A DNA stretch of 64,000 bases from Tubulanus polymorphus. Its lineage: Eukaryota > Animalia > Nemertea. The translations under genes were made by a program, and so were the position numbers. Shown here piece by piece: positions 53,391-64,000 of this stretch. The stretch spans positions 6,138,001-6,202,000 of the forward strand of contig NC_134025.1 in assembly GCF_964204645.1 (NCBI RefSeq), written 5' to 3'. A model generated the notes under the pieces. It searched no databases and had not been told where the DNA came from. It saw only the letters and a program-made list of their open reading frames with translations. How positions within the stretch are numbered: position 1 is the first letter of the stretch; each line of letters starts with the position of its first letter.

Positions 53391-54457
53391 AGTATGGATG
53401 CTAGTTAACCGGGTGGCAAACACTTGAGATCGGTCGTCCCACTAACTACGCAGTATCTTGTTTATAATGTTGATGGATGTTCAGAAGGAAAACGGATGTT
53501 ATAAGTAAATTACAAATTTTTGACTTAGTTTGTGTACTGTTTTATCAATCTCCTAACTTTCAATTTAGCAAAAATGAGATAAAAGACCTAATCAACAATT
53601 ACTTTTTCTGCTTAGTCATGTAGCCTACACGTAGCTTTGAATCTATGTCCTTAAATTATTCAGTCTATACGTTTTTCCATTTGAATGTGGATTTTTTTTT
53701 GTATTTTGTATTCCTTTTTTCTCCTCTTGTAGTCTGTACTTTTTGTACGAAATAAAGACTTGTTATTGTTATTATCATTACATTTTAGATTGTCTGAGTA
53801 TTTTCAGAGCAGGTTCTTTAGGCTACACATTTCTCCAAGACTATATGTAAAGTACCAGAAGCCGTGATATCTGATGATCTCAAACCAATCAACTGAAAAT
53901 AGGGAAGCTATTTTGGGACTCGTTTAAAACTGATCGCCAAAAACACAATTTAAGAGAAAACAGATATGTTGATTGACTAATATTTCGGTCTTCAGACATA
54001 ACCAAGTGATTTATATTAAAGGAATGGATCATCTTAGTGAGTAGTTATAGTTATAGTTAAAATATATGTATATATATAAATATATAATTGTTTATTTGCA
54101 TAATAGATTGATACAAAGAAATGTTATTACAATACCATACATAATACATAATACATGTAGTGTGAAAGTATAACATCAATCATTGTATCAATAGATTATG
54201 CGAGGAATTAGGAAAAGTCAAAGTTGGCTTGAATTAGTTCTAATCCCTCGTCCACTCACTCCCACATACACACCCTCATTCACCCTCATATGCACTCGTT
54301 AAAAGACATTTAATTTAGGATACATACAAAAAAGTACCAAAATAATCAATACACACATATTAAATAAATCGAATTTTTTAGTCACTCCAGGAGACTTTCG
54401 AAAATGAAAGACTTTCGAAGTGAAAAAAAACTTATGAAATAAGTGAAATAAGTTATT

Positions 54458-57400
54458 TTATAAAAATAATTTAGTTTCCTCGCCAACAATCTTCGTTGCT
54501 CGTAGTGGTTCATTCTTGTCTTGCGGGCGCAATTGATGTGGCTGTAACTGGGGCTTCATTAAATATCTCACTCGCTGAAAATAAGATAATGTATTTATTC
54601 ATGTACCATTTTGAAAAACATTCATAGATGACACCACTCATCACCATGGGAATATGAGAAAGTAGTCTTGGTTGAAAACATCAAAAATTGCGAATAACCT
54701 ATATTTAAAAAAGATGTTGAACATCAGGGGAAAATATGTTCCCAGCAAATATTTTTGAAAATCCATAGCACAACTGCAGACTGTTGTAGGAAAGCATTGA
54801 AAAAAATTATCAAATCTCAATAACAATGAAAGAATTGAGGACAATCGAACATGATGTATTATTTTCTGTTTTTTTTTTTAAATTACGCTGGGCAAATTAG
54901 TTTCCGTTTATCATTGCGTCCATCATACCTCTTTCAGGGTTCCAGGAGTCCTAATGATCTTAACTAGCATTATAATTGGTATTTGTACCATGGATAGTAA
55001 ACCAAGGCAAACTCCCAAAACCTGAGCCCAGGTTGGATACAAATACACTCCGTTGTAACTGAGTAATTGAAATTTCACAGCACTGAATATGAATATCGCC
55101 TAAAAAAGAAAGATAACGGTACGTGATTCACAATATCAATAAGATATATGCATTTCTCAAAATTGATATCGCGGTCAATAGTAATATATATTTCTTATAT
55201 ACCGACCATAGCTATAATCGGTGCAAGTCCCATCCAACAAATCATAAACCATGGATTTATTCGGTAGCCAACCATCGCTTGAATATTGTCATAAAATCTT
55301 CTACCACCTGCCGTGATATGAAGCATATAAAATCAGTCAACTGTGTATTAAGTAGTAGTTCCCCGGCACAGTTACGCCGAGAAGAAAATTTTATCATCAT
55401 GTTTTTATGTTGCAATAACTGGTAAACGAGTACCGATTTTCTTATAGGGCAGGAGCACATTGTATACTTACCGTAAAACCAACCGATAGTTACGCATTCC
55501 CAGAAACACACCCAAAGCAAGCAGAAACCACTGGCCGAATAATAATCAAACATTTGGAATATATACATTCCTCCCTGAAACAAAAAAAAAATTCATTTTT
55601 TTTAATCAAAACTTGTGGAAGTGGATTTCATAAGGTAAGAATCAATGACCAAACAGAAGTTAATAGCTTACGTTTGTCATCATGCACAGACTGAACAAGA
55701 ACGTGATAAAACAATATATAGCGATACCGAATTCTCGGGTTGGACTTTTACTGAAAAAGCGAGGAAAGAAATCGCCTAATACTGTCACAACAGCCTCGCA
55801 CTGAACGAACTGAAAATCAAAACGACTCCCTTAAAACAGATTCTGAGAAAAAGTATCGTCTCGTTCTAAGAAAAGAAGTAACATGTAATGATGATCATTT
55901 ATGTTTCATGAAAAAAAATGATTGTTATTGAATTGAATTAGATATGATTTATATACCTGGCTGTCAATACCGAGAACGAGAATCATCAGGAAGAACAGCA
56001 CTGCCCATAGCTGCGGTAAAGGCATTTCAGCGACAGCACGAGGATATGCGATGAACGCTAAGCCCGGACCTAAAACAATGAAAATAGAAAATGTGCCTTT
56101 CCGTTGATGAAGTTTAATCTATACATGGAAATAAGTTATCAACCTTTTTCAGCGACTTCGGATATCGGTACGCCGGCCTCTTTAGCCATGAATCCGAGAA
56201 TTGTAAAAATAGCAAATCCCGAATATAAGCTGGTACCGCTGTTAATGGCCGCGATTATTGCGCATTGCCTGCAAAGGAATCATATCACAGACTACAATTT
56301 TTTTCAAACCTATAATTATACAGAACAATATAAACTCATCTCGATAGAAACAAATAATTGTCTATGAAACATACTTGTAGCAGTTGTTGTTGTATTTATT
56401 ATGGCTACCTAATGATATCAACGCTCCGATACCGATAGCATAACTGAAAAATATTTGCGTCCCAGCATCAATCCAAACCTGGAAATGATATCAGTTGAAA
56501 ATGATGAACTCGATCCAGCTTTTCCGATGTTTCTCGAAAAACGAAGTCTACAAACCTGTGGAATCAGAAGCGACCTGAAATCCGGTTTTAGATAGAATAT
56601 GATTCCATCTAAAGCTCCGTCCAGCGTCGCTCCTCGTATGAGTAGAGCCGTTAAAACCACGTACGGGAAAAGTGCTGTGAAATAGACCACCTAGCAAATA
56701 GAAAAAAATCACTACGAAATGCAAAAGTCACTGTAAGCGTCTTGCCCAAATATCTGCCCTAATAGTAAAACACAAACTATCTACAATGATTATACATATT
56801 AAAGAAATGGTACTGTACCTTCCCCGTCCATTTCACACCACGAAATATACAAAGGTAGACCAGTATCCAAACGAATATTAAACACAACACCATCTGCCAT
56901 ATTAGAGTACCGGGTTCATCTATACCTCCTGATATCTGTAAAAATCTCCTCCTGAAAAATATACGCGCAAAAACATCGAGAATCGACGAATAATAAGACC
57001 TCGTTATCTAGAAACCCATAAATGCAGTTACAGTTAATTTCATATGAATAATTACATACGTATATAACAGTGAATATTTTGACTTTCTGGATATGTCTCA
57101 ATCCAACACTTACTCCCAAAATTCCACCACAGGGTCAACCCCTGTGATATTTTTCTGTAGTTCACATGTACTATTAACGGATCCATCTGTCATACTGCAA
57201 TTCAACGCCGCAATGCGGTGACTACATCTGAAAATTATTAAGGTGGAAATTAAACTAACGTACCATTCGTATTTGGTCGTTTGTAATCTTCGAAATAGAG
57301 ATTTAAATGGTTTTGTGTCACTTACGCATCCGTGTTCCAGTAATTATCGCAATTTGACCAGGGTAACACTGTGTTGAACGCGAAAATACAGTAATAAACT

Positions 57401-58256
57401 GCCCAGGTCAGAATCACTATGTAGTATACGCTTGTCAAACAGACAATCACCAGATTCGAGCCTCCGATACCTACATGAAAATGGGGCAATGATTTACAGC
57501 TTTGCTTTTATACCTTTCTTACGGTATTCCAAGTTGTGGACTAAAAGCGCACCTTGCATTAAAGGGCATATACGCCATGCCTTCCATCCGCCTAAACTCA
57601 TATACTGCCCTACTGCCACTTCCATAAAAAATATCGGTACTCCGCAGCAAACCAAACATAAAATATACGGGATAAGGAAAGCACCTGAAAATAACACCAA
57701 TAACGTTTTTCTAATTATTTTGTGACGATTGTATGATGTTCTATGAATTATAAGTACGTTGGATAGCAAATATATTCATTTAGCGATCCGTCAACTGGAT
57801 CATTTGATTTACAAACAACTAGGTAAATATTGTTAAACGTTATCAAATTTTAGTTATATTTTCTCCATATTTTTTTCCGAGTACAATAGTATTTGGTATT
57901 TTCAGGGGAATTATTTTGATGATGCTTTACTTCAAATAAAGTGTTTTGGTATTGTATATAGTTCGAGCCGATGTAGATTGGAATAAAATGCTTAAAAATT
58001 ACGAATGCTTATCTGAAAAATATCATATATTTTTCATACATTTATTGTTGACCAAGATTTCATACTTACCACCTCCATTTTTGTAACAGAGATATGGAAA
58101 ACGCCAAACATTTCCAAGACCTACAGAGAAACCGACGCAAGTCAGAATGAACTCGATTTGATTCGACCAAACTTCTCTAGATGGTTCAGATTCCTCTTGT
58201 TTTTTCTCCGTTTCATCTAACTCCATTACTCCAGGGGAATACATTTTTCGTCCCAT
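54458..58256 (-). CDS. SLC6 transporter (GABA/taurine/creatine clade), tandem copy C
   Basis: Same exon series. ATG at 58256 preceded by an acceptor (gattgcag). Terminal exon ...GEETKLFL* ends at 54458. Confidence 0.9.
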
Positions 58257-59160
58257 TGCCCTGCAATCAGCAAAGCGTCATCGGGAAACAAATAAGTGTC
58301 CATGAATGTTTTATGTGATTTTAGTAATTTAGTTAGTTTGAATAGTTCGTTTTTGCTAGTGTGCAAAAACGAAAAATCGTATACAAAAAAACGAATCTTT
58401 TGGTTTTTGCTCCATAATATTTCGTTTTCTATAATTTTTCTATAATCAAGGTCATGTAAAAATCAATGCATGTGGTCGTTATCAGCCACCATAGTGAAAC
58501 GATCGCACACCGGGTTAATTTTTCATATTCATTAAACGTACAGAAAAAATTTTGTCAATGCTATTTCGTATACATAAAACATATGACTCTGGGTATTCAT
58601 TATTGCAAAAACGGGCATGTTTTTCGTTTGATTCAGGGATTTTCATAGGCACAGCGAAAAAATTCTCGATTCAATGTATACGTTCTCGGGGTCACGCACA
58701 ATTGTTTTCAACCAACGAAACCTTTGCACCGAAGCAGAACATGAAGTTTACAGATAGAAGATAATAACAATTTGTTTTTGTAATTCCTCGCTTTTTCGAC
58801 AGTTTGTTTCTTTAATACTATAGAAGATATTGGATTTAGAAGTTTGGAAACAAGATGGTGAAAATCCTGATGGATTAGTCGAATCCCAGGGTTTCAGTGC
58901 CTTAATTTTCTAAGTACAGCCTTTCGGCTCGCACTGTATCCCTCGGAACCTACATCATGTATTTATGAAAAAAATAATAATAGTATCGATTATCAATTAT
59001 ATTGTTTGTACGGTTTACGAAAAATAAATATCTATCTATCTGTCACTTGTTGTACAGATTATTTGAACTGATTAACATAATAAGTGATATTATCAAATAT
59101 ATTATCTAATATTTATCTATATATTTATGTTTTACAAGAATAAGATGTTGACATATATAC

Positions 59161-59216
59161 CTCCGTCGCTGCCCAGCTGAAGATGAGCGCGGTCAGTCGT
59201 AATCAACCGGTCAATA
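59161..59216 (-). promoter_or_regulatory. Conserved non-coding block and probable 5' UTR exon of SLC6 copy C
   Basis: Paralog of 45467-45515. On the minus strand it is followed by a donor-like GAG|GTATAT at 59160 that could splice to the acceptor just upstream of ATG 58256. Confidence 0.45.
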
Positions 59217-60329
59217 ATTATCGTTTTATCCATACGCGTAAAGCCTGTCCAAACGTAGCAGTCCTTCGCCAATAACCTAGTCAGTGTACATCTGGGTAGG
59301 ATCGTTGAGTGTCGTAGATCACTGTGGACACACTTCCAGGACTAGGTGAACATAGTCCGTGCTCTGGTTTCCATTGAAATAGAAAATATACGACAATGTG
59401 TAGATTTGTTATAATAGGGCAGGGTCTAAATAAGCTAGCGTGAATAGCACGAGTCGGATTGACTCGAATTGCGGTTAAATAGAGTTGACTGGAAAATCTC
59501 TGTAAGTGCTTCATTGTTGAATACGATAGATGCAAATAACAGCGGACTGGCTTGGCTCCGATGGGCTCTAAAACATCCATCGAAATTAAGACAACTAGAA
59601 TTTTTAGAAGTATAGATTTATTACGTCAAGCAACGGCTATGGATATATACATAATATAATAAATATTATGAACGAAATATATTTTCATTTCAATCACAGA
59701 CTAGCGACCAATTCGTGAAAAATTCAAACGTCGCAACTACAAAAACACGGCTAAATAAGCTCCATTATCTTCCACTTAGCGCCTACATTCTAAACAAAAA
59801 CGATTGAGTAATTTAAGTTTTAAAAATACACGAACAATAGCAGCTTTACGTTTTATCTTATAATTTATGATTATGATTATTTCGTCTTAGATTCATTTTT
59901 TTAAAATCAACAGTAATTGTTGAAATACACAGAAAAATGCAAATAGAAAATCAGACCATTCAATAATTACCAACATATACAGTCCTACATGATTGCGGTA
60001 CCAACTCTACGATTGTCGAGAAGTAAAAGGTGATACTTAATTATACGATCTAGTGCAAAGAATTTATATTCTAAAATGAAATAGAAGACTAGAACTGAAG
60101 GTGGCGACACGATGGTAGCATCATCAATAACAAACCAAAATATTTAAATGGAAGGCCAATGTCGACAATTCAATTTAGTTTAATTAGACTTACAGCTTAC
60201 GGTAATAAGATTGATGTGAAAATCAAATCAAAATCCAACCGACAACTATAGAAATGGATACCGTGAAGTTGGTGTCACATGAATGTTATATCTGAGTGAT
60301 TAGATTTTATGTAATACATTCCTGATTAC

Positions 60330-60371
60330 AAATACGTTTACCATACAACTAAATACGTTTACCATATAACT
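60330..60371. repeat. 21-bp tandem duplication
   Basis: aaatacgtttaccatacaact followed by aaatacgtttaccatataact. Confidence 0.8.
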
Positions 60372-60942
60372 AAAGCTCTAAGATAAGGTTAAAACAAAAA
60401 TCGATGGTCAAACCTCAGATTTCAATACAAGTAATTCTAGGCGACTCATCACAGGTAAATCAGAAATTGATGACCTGATGGACGCCTCAAAGATAACAAT
60501 CTAAATTTGGGAGAAATAGAGAAAAGCAAAAAGGCTTGGAATTACAGACAATAGAATTCATAGCAAATTGCATTGTCTCGAAACAACATGCAAATACCAT
60601 CAGACAAATATATATATATGGAAGTACATGTATATGGCATTGTACGAACATTGTGATGTAATTGGATCAACAGGTCAACAACAAAAACAAAATACGAAAA
60701 AATCGTAAAGCATTCGTAATTAAAAGTAACTATATTAAAAGCAATTCTCGGAAAATAAAAATTCCTGTCATTGACTAGAGACAGTTGTTTTCAGCAATTA
60801 ATACACGATTATATTCGCAGTATATAAATGAAATGCCAAATAAATAGAATCACTAGGTCATATAAAGGCTCCCTGATAAATGTGAATCATACAAGCAGGC
60901 TTTACAAATTGCATGTCTTCTCTTTTTCAGTATTCAACCGTT

Positions 60943-62873
60943 TTAAGGGTTATCAACATGTACAATTTGTTTACCAATATTACCACCAGACATCATCTTC
61001 ACAAATGCTTTGCCAGTATTATACAATCCTTCTTCAATGCATTCTCTATACTGAAACAACAATTCATTGAGCGCTATCATTAAAACGATGTTTCTTCCGA
61101 TATGGAATCTTTCCCAAAGAGATTGAATTTTATATGCACATTTACCTTAATGTTGTCATTGATAAACCATTTCATAAGCTGTTCAACTGCTGCTTCAAAT
61201 TGGTCAATGTAATTCAGTACCAAAAACCGTTCCCTATAAAACATGAGTACTTTACATAGAAAAATCAAGAAACATAACATAGAATCAGAAATAATTTTAA
61301 ACATTACCAGTATTTGATTTACCTGGTAATATTGTTGTCATCTACGTATTTTCGCACATCAGCTGGTAGAGCGGGTGGGTAGGTTTCATCCTTGTTGTAA
61401 ACAGAAATCTGCCCACACAGAACAATATGAGAATTCTTGTTCATCTAAAAAATGTAATAAACATACAGAAGGAATGGAGACATAGGCTGTACAAGGTTAC
61501 TCAATGAATGACCAAATTTGCTAAAAATATTTTACCTTTTGAATGACAGTGTTACTTATTTCACCACCAACATTATCAAAATATACGTCTACTCCATCAG
61601 GACATAATTCTTGTAATCTTTCAGCAATATTCTCAGTTTTATAATTGATGGCACCGTCAAATTTTAGTTCATCGATGATGTATTCTTTCTTTTCATCCAT
61701 TCCACAGATTCCAATAACTTTGCCACAACCTTCCAACTTAGCAAACTGAAAATAATCAAGGATGGAGATCCCAAGCCTAAAGGCTGTACCAATAAAAAGG
61801 GGATGCCCTGGACTATTTAAAATGCGAAGCCAATTAAGACACTGTCTCAAGACGTTACCTGTCCTGCAAATGAGCCAGTTGATCCAGCAGCTGCCTACAC
61901 AACAAATGTTTGGTTTGTTTGAGGTTTGATGTGAGCTTTTTCTCTGATTCCGATTAAAGCAGTTTAAGCTGTTCCTCCAAAAACTGATAGAATCATCGAG
62001 GGGGTTTCTGCCAAAGAATCTGGAACCTATCATCAATATATGAATTCATTTATAGATAGATAGACATTGTCATACTAATATGTCTTAAGCTTATACCTTA
62101 TTCAGTGGCGGATAAGAATCTGCATTTCGTAAATAATATGTCTTCCACGGCCATGTTAGAGCACATTCTACCAAATCACCAACTTCCAAACGTTTAGAAC
62201 TGCTTTCAACGATCACTCCTACTCCGCTCAGACCCCGCATTGTGTTGCCTGGTAGCCATGGTTTAAGATAATGCACTCCAGTGTCTTCATTCATGCAGCA
62301 TCTCTGAATATATACCAATAAATTCTTGTAAGACATACAAGATTAAGCCCTCCCTTTATATATAGCTGGTAAACTGACCCATTAGAGATCTTTATGACGG
62401 CAAAGTGAAGATCAACTTACAAGGGCAGGGTCAACAGATAGGAACAGCGTCTTAACAATAACCTCCCCAGGCTGTAAAGGACCTGTAGGATACGGACAGG
62501 ATTCATGACGAAAATGTTCAATTTTAGGCTCTCCATCGACCCCTACAATCAGAAATAATAAAATGTTGACAAAGCAAGGATATAGAAGGGCGTGGTTATC
62601 AGTGCAACGAATGTGTCTGTCAGTGGTGGCACTTACCAACGCAAGTGGCATTAAATGTAAAACATAAAATACATGCATCTGAATTCATTTGACATGATTG
62701 ATAAACTTAAAATGAAGCCACAAAATATGTAAATTTAGCCTAGAGATCAGACTTATTGAATTTTGACTGGCCGGCGGAGCAGTCTGTCACAATCTAAGCT
62801 TTTTGTCGATAGATATTTTGTAAGATATTTTACCTGGCCTGAATGCCAACGCAATGTGGAAATTAGCAGGCAT
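60943..62873 (-). pseudogene. PTGR2: Prostaglandin reductase 2 (ZADH1) homolog with two in-frame stop codons
   Basis: Exons: 62873-62834 (MPANFHIALAFRP), ~62541-62420 (GEVIVKTLFLSVDPAL), ~62303-62098 (RCCMNEDTG..YLKPW), 62026-61859 ([16 protein letters not shown]...[15 protein letters not shown]), ~61745-61536 ([21 protein letters not shown]), ~61444-61323 (IVLCGQISVYNKD), ~61233-61146 and ~61050-60943 (MMSGGNIGKQIV*). Stops are TAA at 61964-61966 and TAG at 61895-61897. Confidence 0.85.
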
Positions 62874-64000
62874 GCTGTAATAAGAGACTATGGAAACTGA
62901 TATTATTGATGTGATCGACACCGCCAGCTGTGACACATTTGACAACTTTCAAACAGTTGTTTGCGATAGTTAGCTTGATATCTAATAACGGGGGTGGCTC
63001 CGAAAATTTCAAGTTTTGTTTCGTGGCGAGAAAATGAAACCAGAGCTCAGCATCGCAAATACAGCCCGCACGCCATCCCCGATTTTAGCGGTAAATTGAG
63101 TGGCGGTGAATGGGGTTTAGGTCAACCAAATACCTACAATTCTGCTCAGAACTATGTACCGTTAATGTTATTTGTGATGAATTATGGGTATATACACTTA
63201 ACATATAAAATCTATACAAAAAAAACCTTGCAACTGAATTTTTTGACAAACAAATCGCGATCAGGAAAACTAGTAGGCTAAAAATTTAGACGCGAGTCAT
63301 CCCCACACCCGGATCGCTGATCGATTCTTGAATGGGCATGTTCTAAGCCTGGCATGGCATACCATTTGATTGGCATGTTCTTGGTTTTTCTTTAATTCTG
63401 ATCATTTCATGTTTTTATTATGCCTTAGATAATCTTAAGTATGATTCGAGAGACTAGGAAATCATCTATACACGGCCTCGTATCGTAAAGTCACGTTCGA
63501 GACACCGACGGCGATCATGTGGAGACATTCCAAATATTTATTTTCCGAGTGAAGTAAAAAACCTTATAAATTACGTGCATCCATTTAATTACATTCAATA
63601 GTAATACGATACGATCGCCTCATTCCAGCCTCTCCTCGAATTCATGAATTCATATCTAAGGCATAGTAGGCTAACTGCCACATGCCATGTTTAGAACTAA
63701 ACATGGAATTCGTTTTGGCACGGTTGATGCCATCTTAATTGAACAGTTCTAATCATTACCCCGGTAATTACTTTAACGGAGGGCCGATTATACACAATAG
63801 AAGACTTACAATACAATGAAGTCATCGCACCATCGATGAATGAGGTCATCGGTATATAGTTTTACGGCGGCGTACCACATAAATATGATTAAGGAGAGAG
63901 TTACTCATTCAACTTTATCGGGAAATATTGTAACACACTCATTCACTAAAGATTGTGCTAGAAGATTACGCTGGCGACGCGAGGGGCGGTAAATCGGGGT

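Noticed and set aside
40852-58256. SLC6 triplication as an assembly artefact
   Set aside because: The copies differ substantially in introns and C-termini and by a unique LINE insertion, consistent with real paralogs. Long reads would confirm.
59281-59580. 99-aa minus-strand ORF upstream of SLC6 copy C
   Set aside because: No recognisable motif or linked exons; probably non-coding.
16437-61966. Recurring in-frame TAA/TAG (PTGR2, LINE ORF2, intronic frame) as a sign of stop-codon reassignment
   Set aside because: Intact genes in the window end in TAA, TAG and TGA and lack internal stops. The expected residues differ (Leu, Ser), which fits ordinary nonsense mutations.
1-64000. CRISPR arrays, rRNA, tRNA, prokaryotic operons
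   Set aside because: No regularly spaced repeats or RNA-gene signatures were seen by eye, and the locus is spliceosomal eukaryotic DNA. A tRNAscan-SE/Infernal run would be needed to exclude small RNAs.

Overview
AT-rich, intron-containing animal (invertebrate) genomic DNA with GT-AG introns, most of them short. It is not prokaryotic, so most of the ORF track is single exons or noise. Splicing exons by hand gives a dense run of membrane-signalling genes, in order: the 3' part of an equilibrative nucleoside transporter (+), a two-exon class C GPCR (-), a divergent Slo1/BK-like K+ channel (-), a nAChR-like subunit (+), a GlyR/GluCl-like subunit (+), a small secreted single-CUB protein (-), a second nAChR-like subunit (-), three tandem SLC6 transporters of the GABA/taurine/creatine clade (-), and a PTGR2 gene carrying two in-frame stops (-). 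A 5'-truncated L1/Tx1-type LINE with a 16-bp target-site duplication sits between SLC6 copies, and several MITEs lie in introns. The main observation is that most channels and receptors here keep their fold but alter canonical functional residues: BK S4 Arg, Mg site and Ca bowl; nAChR vicinal Cys-Cys to Ser-Ser; an atypical anion-channel M2; a GPCR lacking glutamate-specific residues. Exon boundaries were read by eye and may be off by a few bases. Residue equivalences come from remembered reference sequences and need alignment.
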